A stretch of 45,368 nt of DNA from NCBI GenBank assembly GCA_052055015.1, contig JBQJIT010000039.1. One strand, 5' to 3'. This document shows, one piece after another, positions 11,128-23,387 of this stretch; positions within the stretch are counted from its first letter, which is position 1, and each line of letters opens with the position of its first letter. Under the pieces are notes generated by a model that did not search any database, was not told where the DNA came from, and saw only the letters and a program-made list of their open reading frames with translations. The DNA is from Malassezia furfur (Eukaryota). The position numbers and the translations under genes were made by a program.

Positions 11128-13410
11128 ATGTCGACGATCGTGCACTCGTTGCGGGACTACCGTCCCCCAACCAAGGCACAGCAGTTTGCCGAGGCATTCA
11201 GCCTGCCACCCGATGAGGGTCCCTATGTCGATGCTGCGGGGAATCGCGCTGAGATTGTCTCGGCGATCCTTACGCTGTCGAATCCCAATGAAGAGGGCCA
11301 GGAAGACTTGGTGTACGCCGGGCGCCTGACGCTCACGCCCTCGTTCCTGTGTTTTGCGAGCCAGGCGGACAGAGGACGAGGCTGCCGCGTGGCGCTCCCA
11401 CTGAGCACAGTGCGCCGCGTTGAGCGGCTGAATACTCGTGACGCCGTCTTTGCCCTGAGCATTACTGTGTGGCACGGGATGCAGCTCATCTTCCAGCTGA
11501 ATGCGCTGCGGCCCTCGTGTGAGGGGTTTTGCCACGCACTCCGTGACCGATTGCGCGCACACCTGAGTGATATGAAGAAACTTAAACCGTTCCTGGGCGA
11601 GTGCTACAGCGAATATCTGCTGAAGAACGCCGCCGAAGTCACAGGGGAGAGCGGTGGCCCGGACGGCGGTCCCGAAGCCGCGCAGACGGGTGCGCTGATT
11701 GACCTTGGTCAGGAAGGTGCCGCCGGCGCAGGCGCACCGGCGCGCCTGCCGTACCACATGGGCCTCGGCGCGCAGTTTGGCTTTCCTGGCGACCCGAAAA
11801 AGTACGTCGCGCAACTGACCCAGACTGAAAGAAAAGAGCAAAATGCGCCTGTGGAAAGACTACCTCACATTGCACGGGCGCAACATCACACTTCTGCGCT
11901 ACCCACAATTTACGCGCCTCGTCCAAGTCGGTCTACCGAACCAGCTGCGTGGCGAAGTGTGGGAGATCAGCTGCGGCTCCATTCTGCAGCGCATGGCCCA
12001 TCCCGGCAAGTACCAGCAAATTCTTGCCGAGCACGAGGGGATGACGAGCACGAGCACCGAAGAGATCGAAAAGGACCTAAACCGCAGCCTGCCCGAATAC
12101 GCCGCGTTCCAGTCACCCGAAGGCATCGAGACGCTGCGTCGTGTGCTGGTGGCATACAGCTGGAAGAACCGCGAGCTGGGGTACTGCCAGGCGATGAACA
12201 TTGTCGTCGCGGCGTTGCTCATCTACACGTCCGAGGAACAGTGTTTCTGGCTGCTCGATACGCTGTGTGAGCGGCTGCTGCCCGGCTACTACACCCAGTC
12301 GATGGCCGGCACTTTGCTCGACCAAAAAGTGTTTGAAAACCTGGTGCAGACGACGATGCCGGTGCTGCACGAGCACTTTGCCAAGCATGACATGCAGCTG
12401 AGTGTCGTGACGCTGCCATGGCTGCTCTCGCTATACATCAACAGCATGCCCATGGTGTTTGCCTTCCGCATCATCGACTGCTTCATGGCATTTGGCTCGC
12501 GCGTGCTCTTCCAAGTGGGTCTTGCCATCCTCAAAATCAACGGTGAAGACATTCTGCAGCTGAACGACGACGGAACGCTGATCGGGGTGCTGCGCAACTA
12601 CTTCCGCACGCTTGGCGACAGCGCCTACCCGGAGAGCGCCGACCCTCGCCGCCGGCAGGTGACGCGCTTCCAGCAGCTGCTTGTCGTGGCGTTCCGCGAG
12701 TTTGGTCTGATCACGAACGAGACCATCGACGCGGAGCGCAAACGATTCCGGCAGCAGATTGTCGAAGAGATCGAGGCATTTGCACGGCGGTGTGCGATCC
12801 GCAACCTCAAGTCGCACGGCTGCTTCAACAAGGCGCAGCTCGGACTCATCTACGACCAGGTGGTCGAGGCGATCTACCGCGCGCGGCATGCGCCCGAGTC
12901 GCTTACGGCCGGCGATGCGGCGCCAGTGCGCTCCTCCTCGCTGCTCGACCCGACACAGGATCTAAAGGAGATGCGCATCAACTTTACTACCTTTAGGCTC
13001 TTCCTCAGCGAGGTTGCAACGTGGGCGCGCGACGAATACCTGGTGGGCAACGGCCTGCAGGAGCGCATCGAGCGCCGCATTCCCGACCAGGGGCTTGCGC
13101 GGCGCCTCTTTGCCTACTGGGACCAGGAGCAGTGTGGCTCGCTCTCGTTCCAGGACATTGTCACGGGTCTCGACGGCCTCATGCGCACCGACGGCGACGT
13201 CAGCGCCACGATCGAGTGGTTTTTCCGCTTGCACGCGAATGGCAAGGAGAAGCTGACGCGCAACGAAGTGCTGACGCTGTCTGAGTCGTTGCTCTTCAGT
13301 ATGTATGCCTACTAACACAAGTGTACCGGAATGAACCCGGCGACGACCACCTGGGCGCCATCTCCCAGCTCATCACGCAGGCGTTTGAGCTTGGCGGGTC
13401 AGATGCTTAG
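11128..13410 (+). CDS. MDR1: GRAM-TBC Rab GTPase-activating protein Mdr1/Gyp2
   Basis: GRAM-like N-terminus, IEKDLNRSLP and GYCQAMN TBC motifs, and an EF-hand-like region. Introns 11802-11823 and 13299-13321. Confidence 0.92.
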
Positions 13411-14117
13411 GCCGCGTCGTGCTGCGCCTGCTCGTAGCCCTCGAGCACCTGCCGCGCTAGGCTCACGCCGAGGACCTCGCGTAGCTTCTCCGTAGGATCC
13501 TCGCCCTTAGCATCGGCCTCTTCCATAATCCGTTGCACCTGCTCCATGAGCTGGTCCGCCTTGTCGTCCACGTCGGCATCATCGGCGTCGTCCCCCAAAT
13601 CGGCGGGTTCCTCCTCTTCCTCCTCGCCGGCGCGCTGGAGCAGCTCGCTGCGAGGCACCGCCGCCTCGCCCGTTACAGAGCGAAGGTACTCAGCAAGCTC
13701 CTCGTGCTCGTTCATATCGGCGTGCTGGGCGGCCTGGGTCAGCAAGCGACGTACCGTGATGCCCTCATCGTTCTGTAGGCTGGGGTCCGCGCCAAACTCG
13801 GTCACGAGCAGCTCGGCGGTCGGTCGGTCCTCACAGAAAAAGAGGGGCGTATCGCCATCCTCGTCGCGCACATTGACCGCATCCTTCGCCACGCCAGGAT
13901 AGCGCAACAAAAGGCGCAGCAGGTCGTGACGCCCGTAGGACGCCGCAGCATGGATCGGCGTGTACTGAACCATATCGCCTGTCACCGGCGTGACGCCGCC
14001 GTGCTCCAGCAGCAGCTTGACGCGTTCCTCATCTCCGTCAGCAACCGCAATCCAAATATTGGGGCCGTTGTGGACGCGCTCGGCAATCTCCTCTTGGCTC
14101 GGGGTCGCCGTCGGCAT
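13407..14117 (-). CDS. Small acidic ankyrin-repeat protein (YCR051W-like)
   Basis: NIWIAVADGD, YTPIHAAASYG and DEDGDTPLF motifs. In-frame 21-nt intron at 13734-13754. Confidence 0.85.
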   Translation of the reverse strand: MPTATPSQEEIAERVHNGPNIWIAVADGDEERVKLLLEHGGVTPVTGDMVQYTPIHAAASYGRHDLLRLLLRYPGVAKDAVNVRDEDGDTPLFFCEDRPTAELLVTEFGADPSLQNDEGITVRRLLTQAAQHADMNEHEELAEYLRSVTGEAAVPRSELLQRAGEEEEEEPADLGDDADDADVDDKADQLMEQVQRIMEEADAKGEDPTEKLREVLGVSLARQVLEGYEQAQHDAA

Positions 14118-14146
14118 CGTCGACTGCAGCACGGTCCACTTTCGTC

Positions 14147-14154
14147 CACGTGAC
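14147..14154. promoter_or_regulatory. CACGTGAC E-box in a 70-bp divergent promoter
   Basis: Lies between ATG 14117 (-) and ELF1 ATG 14188. Confidence 0.55.
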
Positions 14155-14187
14155 GCACGCGACACTCCGTACGCGTTCGCCTCGACG

Positions 14188-14513
14188 ATGGGCAAGCGCA
14201 AGAAGTCGACGCGCCAGCCAGGTGCGGGCAGGACCAAGACGCCACCGCTGGGTAGGTGTTGCGACTCACACCAGACACCGTTTTTACGTGTCTCTTTTGC
14301 AACCACGACAAGGCTGTGTCGTGCAAAATGTACGTGCGTGGCTGACACAGCGATGACAAGGCGCGCATCGGTTACCTGAGCTGCAAGATTTGTGGGCAAA
14401 AGTTTTCCACGGACACCGATACGCTTTCGCAGCCGATTGATGTATACTCGTACGTGTCATACTCACCCAGGCAATGGATCGACGCTTGCGAAGATGTGGC
14501 AGAAGAGGCGTAG
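14188..14513 (+). CDS. ELF1: Transcription elongation factor Elf1
   Basis: Spliced product MGKRKKS...FTCLFCNH...LSCKICGQ...DVYSQWIDACE. Introns 14252-14274, 14330-14350 (in-frame TGA) and 14450-14470. Not recovered intact by the ORF track. Confidence 0.95.
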
Positions 14514-14522
14514 CAGTGTAGA

Positions 14523-17212
14523 CTATTTCAGCGGATCAAAGTCAGCCCACGTCGACTTAGGGACGGGCGCCGGCCCAGTGGACGTGCCCTTTCGCTCGGG
14601 CACCAGAAGGCCGCCTCCCCACCCTGGCGGCGCCGTGGGGCGTGAAGCACTTGCCAGATTGGGCTGCGACGCCGTTTGGGGCAGCGGCGGACGCACGGGC
14701 GTCGGCAATGGCTCGGCCGGCTTATCGGCCATCAACGCATCAAACAGGCCTGTTGACGGAGTCGCACTCGGGGTAGTTGGCTGCGACATGGTTGCAGACA
14801 TGGGCCGTGGTGGCGGCGCGAGCGGCGAGCTCAGCTTCGGCGCATGCGACGCCCGCAGATGACTGGGGATGCCCGCTGGGGGCATTGTCACGCTATTGGA
14901 GCGCGGTGCCCCCAATGGCTTGGGCACACTGTCGAGCAATGCCGGCATCTCGGTCGTGGGCGTGCCCGGCATGTCGGCGAAGAGGTCGAGTTCGTTTGAC
15001 GCTGCAGACTGCGTCTGACCGACTAAGGTCTCAAAGTCAAGATCGTTGCTGGCGTTCATTGTGGACGACAGACTCTTGCGTGACCCCTGCGCATCCCCGA
15101 CCATCTCCTCCGTGTGCTTCTGCACGCTTTGTTGCTCATGCAGGTAGGCCATATCTGGGTCAGCATAGCTACGCACGCTCTCGCTCGATCTTCTCGCCTA
15201 GCTGGCGAATCACGCGCATGAACCGCGCAAACTGCGTTTCGGTCAAGGCAGGGCACTAGGTCAGACACACACGTACCATGCTCATGACCCACAGGCGAGG
15301 GAGCACGGCAGTTGCTTGCACGTCACGGTCGACCTTGGCCGCGATGGCCTCGTAGACGGCGAGCGACGCCACCTGGGTGAGTCGTGCGACCTACCATCAC
15401 GGCTGGCTCACGCGTCTTGACGCGTGCCAGCGCGGGAATCAACGTCTCACTGAGCGTTACCTTGTCGAGCATGGGCGTCAACGCATGGAAGCAGATCTGG
15501 ATGAGCCTAGTAACGTACGAGTGCGCTCACTTTCACCGAAAGCGTCTTGGTCTTGGAAAAGAGCGCCATCAGCTTCGGCAGGAGGGTATCCTTAACGTGC
15601 GAGAACTCGAGCAGCTCGCAGAGTTGCGGCACCTTTTGCAGCGCATTTTCCTGGACCGCGATGTGCTCATTTTCAAACGAGGCGTAAAAGAGCGGCATCA
15701 CGTCTGTGTTAGGCATCGACGCACCTTCGCGGAACTGCGATGGGGTCATTTTGCTCACAAACAGGTCCGTCTGGTTCAGCAGGAGCACTGGCGTCAGCGC
15801 ACCGGGCGTACTCTGGTTCTGCGGCGGGTCCTTGATTAGAAAGAGTGGCTTGATCCGAGGCAGAATGCTATTGCAAAACTCCAGAGAGGCTGTGTGAGAG
15901 ACACAATCACCCACAAATGTTGCTCGCCATGGCAAATACGTTGGGCAGGATGTAGGGGAGCAGCGAACGGTCTGCCATAATTTCGGTCATCTGTGTGAGC
16001 CCGACACGTACCGAAGGAAGCAGCTTGCGGCGCTGCAGCGCCGGCGAGAATTGTGGCAGCATCTTGTGCAGACCACGGAGGAACTGCACCTTTTCTTGCT
16101 TGGTGCGCGCCGCGAAACTGTCGCGTTCCAAGAACTTGAGCACAGATACGAGTATGCTGTTAAAGTAGCTCAGCGTCTGGAAGGTTTTGACATTGTACCG
16201 CTCGTTTCCCGAGCGTGTAATCAGGTTGCTCAAGATCACTGCATGAGCAAGTCACGAACCTTGCACGTCCGGCCCGAGCATCTGCCACGAGGGCGAATGG
16301 ATGCGGTCGGACAGGTGGTCTGCATACGACCGCAGTGCATTCGCACTGCCTTGTGTCTTGTACGGTGTGTTGCCGTGATGAAAAATGGCAAAGATGAGAA
16401 TGCCGAGTGAGAACATGTCGTTTGCTGGCGAAGACGTCCCGTCGAGCACATACATCGGGTCCATGTAGTCCATGTTGCGCTGCATCGATACCGGCAGCAT
16501 CTGTTCCTCGTCCTCGTACGCCCAGCGTGTACGGCTTGGCGATTCTGGGTCAAGTACCGTGGAGTAGCCGACGCCCGCCAGCTTCCAATCGCCTTTGGCG
16601 TTGATGATGATCGCACTGGGCGTAAGATTGGTGTGAAGTCGCTTGGATTCGTGCAAGAACTCGAGCGAGCGGGCAATCTAGGTGAGCGGCACACTGTACC
16701 TGAAGCAGGCCCTTGCGGATTTCGATCTCATCTAGCTGGTTGTCTGGATTGGAGCGTGCCGAAAGGCTCCCAGCCAGAGACATACTCACACGTTCGGTTG
16801 CAAACGTGAGTTCGCCACGGCTTTCCTCCATAGGTTCGACAACCTCGAGGATGCAGGGGTGCCGCAAGCGAGAGAGTGTGGTGACCTGGGTCAATCGGGA
16901 CACCTACCTCGCGTTTGAGTTGCTCCACCGCTTTTGCGCGTTCTATACCGCGACCCTGTGGCAAGCACGACCACACAGATACGGTGTCGCGAGCTGGTGG
17001 CTGTACTGACCCTGCAGGTGCGGTTGCTGCACCTGATTTTCGCGTTGCTGTGAACACGCGCCAAGGTCCAATTTGGAGGCTGCGTCAGGCAAGCACGTAC
17101 GGAGCGCGCGAGTCATCTACATTATAGTTAGTCGAGATGTTGGTGCGCCCCCTTTCGTCAGCCAGCGCAGCACTTACAGGAACGAAGACGCCTGGCTCCA
17201 CAGCGACGCCAT
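14523..17212 (-). CDS. SCY1: SCY1/SCYL2-like pseudokinase with HEAT repeats
   Basis: GPWRVF, LSRLRHPCILEVVEP, INAKGDWKLAG and DMFSLG motifs; C-terminal WADFDPL. Nine introns: 17152-17177, 17080-17100, 16886-16907, 16678-16699, 16239-16259, 15991-16011, 15890-15914, 15497-15518, 15373-15394; plus 15256-15276 (all 21-26 nt). Confidence 0.92.
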
Positions 17213-17325
17213 CTTGGTCCACGCACGCTGCGCTCGGTGTCGGTGTGTGCTTGTCCCACCCACACTCCCCTCCACTCCATTACGTCATCCACTTGGGGGT
17301 CACGACGCGGGGCAGCAGCGGCACG

Positions 17326-18360
17326 ATGGATAGCGGCGTAGGCGCGCTCGTGCGCCGGCTAGCTGATCCTGCCAACTTTGCGAGCAGCGAAGAGGCAGAT
17401 ACAGCAGATACACTCTCGCAAGAATTGATTGCACTCCAGTCAATTTATGGCGAAGATGAGCTACAGCTACTCCACGAGTCAGCGTCCGACGCGGCCGACG
17501 AAGGCCTCGTGCTAGTCTTGCGCGTCTCGCTGCAGAGCGATACAGACGATGTGACTGTTCGTTTGCAGATTTTTCTGCCGACAGGATACCCTCGAACACG
17601 GGTGCCGCCACGTCTGCAGCTGCTGAACCGTTACGTCGGTGTCTTGAAAGCACCCGAGGAAGTGCATCAATATGTCGCTTCTGTCTTCCAGCCGGACGCG
17701 GCGAATGGTGTGGTCTGGCGAGAGAATGAATCGATGCTTTTCGAAGGCATTGAGTCTGTCTTGGACTACATTCGCACTTGGTATGAACAGCAGTGCCAGG
17801 GTCGACCGACACGGGAACCTGCTGCACCTGCATGTGCAGCAGACGAGCAGGATACGTCACCTGAGCTATCGCACAGCGCTGCGCAGGTAGACGCTGCGTC
17901 CATTGTGCGCAGTGAGCCAATCGTGGAGCGCAAATCGGAGTTTTTGGGCCATGCCGCGCGCATTCGGCACCCGGACGATGTTCCTGTGCTTCTCTCCCAC
18001 ATTCTAGAGTCGGACAAGCGCGTGCAGCGTGCGACACATCCCATTATCCATGCGTGGGTGTGTCGCACGGACGATGGTGTGCTGCATCATGGTATGTAAT
18101 GTTGCTGACCGCAGACTGTGATGACGACGGCGAAACCGCTGCGGGAGGTCGCCTTGCACACCTGCTGACCTTGCTGGTGTGTATCTATGAGCTTATGGCA
18201 GGAAGTGGAGAACGTCTTGGTGGTAGTGACCCGATGGTATGGTGGGGTGCTATTGGGACCCGATCGATTTAAGCACATCAATCGGGTTGCGCGCGACGCG
18301 CTGGTGCGTGCCGGTGTAGTGCAGGACGGCGGGGCCGCGTCGCGGCCTGCCAAAAAATAA
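17326..18360 (+). CDS. YIH1: IMPACT/Yih1 (RWD plus UPF0029 domains)
   Basis: ELIALQSIY and LPTGYP (RWD), plus ERKSEF, DCDDDGETAAGGRL and VTRWYGGVLLGPDRFKHI. Introns 18092-18114 and 18177-18201. Confidence 0.93.
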
Positions 18361-18709
18361 CATAGAGTGCGCGACGCGATTTGGTCACGACGCGTTCCGA
18401 CGCAACGCGGGTGCCTGCACGGCACCTCGTGCCGGCCTGTGCGCCAGGGGCATTCCGACCAGCCGTGTGGCTGCGATCGGAATTTTTTTGTCAGCGTAGA
18501 ATTAGGACCCGATAGAAATCGCCGAACCCTGGAACCCCGGAGCATTGTTGGGTGTCTCATTGGGCCACTTGGCACCCCCTCGCTTTATTTCCCAGCCGTG
18601 CCTTGCGTAGAGTGGGCCATCGGGTGGCGCGCCAGGCTGGCCTGTTTGTGGCCGTGTACCAAAGCTTCGAGGGCGCCTCGTCCCTTCACCCACGACCCTT
18701 ACCGTCAGG

Positions 18710-20850
18710 ATGACGCTACGCTCCGCCCCTTGGGTGGCCCTTCTCTTTGCTACACTCTTTTGTCTTATTGCTCCCATCTATGCGGAGGACTACATGCAGC
18801 CCCATGCGCACATCGTGAAGCGCGCGATCACGACCAAGGCGCACGACCTGGAATGTACGTTGGCGACGTTAGACTGACCGCAGCCAAGCAGTTCGACTAT
18901 GTCGTGATTGGTGGTGGCCAGGCCGGTCTGGTCGTGGCCTCGCGCCTTTCCGAGGACCCTTCGCTGCAGGTGGCGGTCATCGAGGCTGGCCCGTCGGGTC
19001 TCGACCCGGATGATGCCGCCAAAATCGATGTTCCGGCGGCGAACCTGTACAATTCGCCTGGCAAGTCGGAGATGAACTGGAACTGGACGACGACGGCGCA
19101 GACCAACCTGAACAACCAGCAGAAGCCGTGGCCCCGTGGCCGCGTGCTGGGTGGCAGCAGCGCTATTAACGGTCTCTACTACATCCGCCAGAGTGCGCGC
19201 GAACAGGACCTTTGGGCAAAGCTCATTGATAACGCCACGGATCTCTGGGGGTGGGACAACATGCTGCGTGCGATGAAGAAGAGCGAAAACTTCACTGCAC
19301 CCACGGACCAAGCTCGTACGGTGGGAGACATTCACTGGAACACCTCGGCCCACGGCAGCAACGGTCCCATCGGCGTGACGTGGCCGGCGATTTCATACGC
19401 ACCCGTTGGCGCGTTTATTGAGGCCGCCTCGAACGTGTCGGCACCTGCAACCGACAACCCCGACAGCGGCAACGCGTGGGGCACGTTTGTGAGCACCTCG
19501 GCGATCAACCCGACCAACTGGACGCGCACTACGTCGCGCACTGGCTACATTGACCCGTACACCTACCGCTCGAACCTGGTGGTGCTCACGGACCACATGG
19601 TGTCCAAGATCAACTTTGACACCTCGAACGCGGACGCGGTCAAGGCAACGAGCGTGCAGTTTATGAAGAACAAGGGTGGGCGCACCTTCCAGGTGAACGC
19701 CACGCGTGAGGTGATCCTGAGTGCCGGTGCGGTCAACAGCCCGCAGATCCTGCAAGTTTCGGGCATTGGTGACAAGAACCTGCTCGATTCGAAGCAGGTG
19801 CCGGTTGTGGTGGACCTGCCCGGTGTCGGCTACCACCTGCAGGACCACCTGTCTGCCGGTGTGCAGTTCACGCCCAAGAACCCCAACGAGCTTCCGCCGG
19901 CGAAGGTGACGAACAATGCGACGGTCGACTCGTTTGTGAACAGTGCGACGTCGTACACGAACACGAGCCAGCTGTTGGGCAACCAGTTTGACCAGGTGAT
20001 TGGTCTCGTGCGCAACAACGCCACCAAGGCGGTGCAGGCGTACGACGCGCCCGACGCGGTCAAGCAGGGCTACAACCTGACCTACCTCGCCACGGCGAAC
20101 GAGATCTACGACAGCCCGATTGGCTCGATGGAGCTGCTCTTTGCCATGACCTTTGGGCAGATCCAGGTGCAGGCGGCGCTGCAGCACCCCTTCTCGCGCG
20201 GCTCGGTGACGATCCAGTCGTCTGACATTTGGGATGCGCCGGTGATCAACCCGATGTACCTCGAGCAGGAGACGGACCTGGTTTTCCTGCGCGCTGGCTT
20301 CCGCATGGCGCGCAACATTCTGCAGCAGGCGCCGCTGAGCAACCACGTCAACGAAGAGACGGCGCCTGGGAATGACGTGCAGTCGGACGATCAGTGGGAC
20401 AACTGGATCCGCAACAACATTGGCACCGAGTACCACCCCAGCTGCACCTGCTCGATGCTTCCGCGCGAGTCGGGCGGTGTCGTGGATAAGAACCTGCTGG
20501 TGTATGGCACGAGCAACCTGCGGGTGATTGACGCGTCGGTGCCCCCGCTGTCCATGTCGGCGCACCTGATGTCGATCGTGTACGGCATTGGCGAGATTGG
20601 CTCGGAGATTATCCTGAGCAACAAGGACAACTACCAGTCGGGCAACAACAGCCAAAACGGCACGAGCAACGGCGGTGCTTCGGGCAGCGCCTCGGGCAGC
20701 AGCTCGAGCAGCAAGGGCTCGTCGAGCTCGGGCAGCAAGACGAACAACGCGTCTGACTCGAGCAACGCGGCGCTGCGCGTGCAGCCTGGTGCGTGGGCCA
20801 GTGCGGTGCTTGGTGCGGGTGTGGCCGCGGTGTTTGCATGGGCGCTGTAA
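18710..20850 (+). CDS. Secreted GMC oxidoreductase with probable GPI anchor (Mala s 12 paralogue)
   Basis: Signal peptide and KR site in exon 1; intron 18855-18883. GGGQAG, GRVLGGSSAING, TEYHP and SAHL motifs; Ser/Gly-rich linker and hydrophobic C-terminus. Confidence 0.92.
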
Positions 20851-21360
20851 GTGTGCGTACCTGGCACTTCATACCACCCCATCTGCTGCCCTTGGGATCA
20901 TACATACACCCCTGCCATCCCCCCTATCCCTTCCTGCTAATCCGCCCTGCGACGAGGGGCGCACTTTCACGATTGGACCTCTTACGGCCACCCTTCACAT
21001 GATGCGACCTGCGTCGGTGCTTACACACCCGGTTAGTGAAAAGCCCTATTATTGGGCGATGCCAAGCCCTGCCGAATCGGATAGGTGCAAGGCACGACGC
21101 ATGTGGCGTTCCGATGCTTTTCCGATATAGCGAATCAGACATTGTTTATCCGATGCGGTTGCGGGTGCGTGACGTTGTGGCGTGACATGTGGCACGGACG
21201 CCCGGCATGCGCCTGTAGACCATTGGCGGCGCCGAATCAGAAGGTGAATTCAGTCAACTCTAACCCTCGGCATTCCGCGCGTGCCTCGGGGTGGAAAGCG
21301 GCAGATACAACCGGTTGCGGGCGTCTACGGCTTGTTCCCCAACACCACCACACTCGTTCC

Positions 21361-23226
21361 ATGAAGCTCACTCTTTCGGGAATTGCTGTGGCCGTGGCCA
21401 CCGCCACGGTTGTGGCAGCGCAGCCGTCGGGCAACAGCTCGGAGGCTGTGCACCAGTACGCGAAGCGCCAGGTCACGACCAACGGCTGGGACCTGGACAA
21501 CAAGTCCTACGACTATGTGATCATCGGCGGTGGTACCGCGGGTCTGGCTCTCGCGGGCCGCCTCTCGGCGGATAGCTCGAAGTCCGTCGCGGTGATCGAG
21601 GCCGGTGCGACGGGCTACGACGACCAGCAGAAGTTCCTCGTGCCGGACGCGGACCTGTACGACTCGTCGCTCAACACGCAATACGACTGGCAATTCAAGA
21701 CGACGCGCCAGAACTACATGAACGGTCGCCGTGCCTCGTGGCCGCGTGGCAAGGTGCTGGGTGGTAGCAGTGCCATCAACGGCCTGTACTACGTGCGTCA
21801 CAGCAAGCGCGAGCAGAACACCTGGAACGACCTGATTGGCGGCGGCTGGGACTGGGACAATTTCCTGTCTGCAATGAAGAAGAGCGAGAACTTCTCGCCG
21901 CCCCTGCGCAGCATCGCGCGTGCCGAGAACATCGAGTACGAATCGAGCTCGCACGGCCACAATGGCCCCATCCACACGACGTGGCCGGCAGTGACCTACG
22001 ACCCGATCGGTGCGTTTATCCGCTCGTCGGAGGCGGTTGCTGCGCCGCTCAACAGCGACCCATACAACGGCCGTAACTGGGGTACCTATGTCGCGGCTGC
22101 CACGATGAAGAAGTCGGACTGGACGCGCTCCTACTCGCGCACCGGCTACATTGATCCCGTGGCCTCGCGCTCGAACCTGCATGTCCTCACCGGTCACACG
22201 GTGACCAAGATCATCTTTGACCGGTCGGACCGCAACAATGTCAAGGCGACGAGCGTCGAGTACGCTGCGAGCAGCGGCGAGGCGACGCACACTGTGCACG
22301 CCAACCGTGAGGTGATCGTGAGTGGCGGTGCGATCAACTCGCCGCAGATTCTGCAGCTCTCGGGTATCGGCCCCTCGAGCCTGCTCAACAGTCTTGGCAT
22401 TGACGTCGTGGTCAACCTGCCCGGCGTCGGCGAGAACCTGCAGGACCACCTGTCGGCCGGCATGTCGTTCCGCCCGAAGAAGAGCTCGTACGTGCCTGAG
22501 CAGCGTGTCACGGGTGACGCCAAGACGGACTCGTACGTCAACACGGCCGTGTCGTACGTGCACATGGACAAGCTTTTCAAGAACCCCGACGCGATCATCA
22601 GCCGCATCCAGAACAGCGTGAACGACATTGTGAACAACGCAAACGTTCCCGAGTCGGTCAAGCGCGGCCAGCGCAAGTCGTACGAGGCGATTGCCAACCG
22701 CATCTTCACCTCGAACGTGGCGCCCATCGAGATTCTCGGCAACGTCATGTTTGGCGCGATCAACATCCAGGCGGCGCTGCAGCACCCTCTGTCGCGTGGC
22801 TCGGTTAAGATCCACACGACGAACGCCTTTGCGAAGCCACACATTGACCCCGGCTACCTGTCGCAGAACATGGACCTGACCATCCTGCGCCAGGGCTTCA
22901 AGCTGATCCGCAAGATTGTCGACCAGTCGCCGCTGAAGGACCTGATTGACTACGAGGAGAACCCCGGCAGCAACGTGCAGAGCAACGACCAGTGGGAGGA
23001 CTGGATTCGCCAGAACGCCGGCACCGAGTACCACCCGACGGGTACCTGCTCGATGCTTCCCCGCAACGAGGGCGGTGTCGTGGACCAAAACCTCAAGGTG
23101 TACGGCACGAGCAACCTGCGCGTGGTGGACGCCTCGGTGCCCCCGATTTCCTTCTCGGCGCACCTCATGTCGATCACCTACGGTATCGCCGAGGTTGCTG
23201 CCGAGCTCATTGCGCGCGACAACTAA
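21361..23226 (+). CDS. Mala s 12: Secreted GMC oxidoreductase, Mala s 12 allergen homologue
   Basis: Signal peptide, KR, then NGWDLDNKSYDYVIIGGGTAG, RRASWPRGKVLGGSSAINGLYYVR and TWPAVTYDP, closely resembling Malassezia Mala s 12 as recalled. Confidence 0.9.
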   Translation: MKLTLSGIAVAVATATVVAAQPSGNSSEAVHQYAKRQVTTNGWDLDNKSYDYVIIGGGTAGLALAGRLSADSSKSVAVIEAGATGYDDQQKFLVPDADLYDSSLNTQYDWQFKTTRQNYMNGRRASWPRGKVLGGSSAINGLYYVRHSKREQNTWNDLIGGGWDWDNFLSAMKKSENFSPPLRSIARAENIEYESSSHGHNGPIHTTWPAVTYDPIGAFIRSSEAVAAPLNSDPYNGRNWGTYVAAATMKKSDWTRSYSRTGYIDPVASRSNLHVLTGHTVTKIIFDRSDRNNVKATSVEYAASSGEATHTVHANREVIVSGGAINSPQILQLSGIGPSSLLNSLGIDVVVNLPGVGENLQDHLSAGMSFRPKKSSYVPEQRVTGDAKTDSYVNTAVSYVHMDKLFKNPDAIISRIQNSVNDIVNNANVPESVKRGQRKSYEAIANRIFTSNVAPIEILGNVMFGAINIQAALQHPLSRGSVKIHTTNAFAKPHIDPGYLSQNMDLTILRQGFKLIRKIVDQSPLKDLIDYEENPGSNVQSNDQWEDWIRQNAGTEYHPTGTCSMLPRNEGGVVDQNLKVYGTSNLRVVDASVPPISFSAHLMSITYGIAEVAAELIARDN

Positions 23227-23387
23227 ATGGCCCTTTCGTGAGGCGCTTCCATTCGCTTTCCACCATCGCTCCCCCGTTAGAGTTCACCTATAGGAAATAT
23301 ACAAGACATAACGATGACTGGTGTGGCTGGCACGTGGCACGCCTTGGACCCCACGCGCCCGATTTGGCGTGTGCGTTCCACCACGCG

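Noticed and set aside
11802..17100. Apparent frameshifts and premature stops suggesting pseudogenes or recoding
   Set aside because: Each break coincides with a GT..CTRAC/CTCAC..AG micro-intron that restores the conserved protein.
18481..18490. Sm-site-like AATTTTTTTG
   Set aside because: No recognisable U1, U2, U4 or U5 sequence flanks it; more likely a promoter poly(dT) tract.
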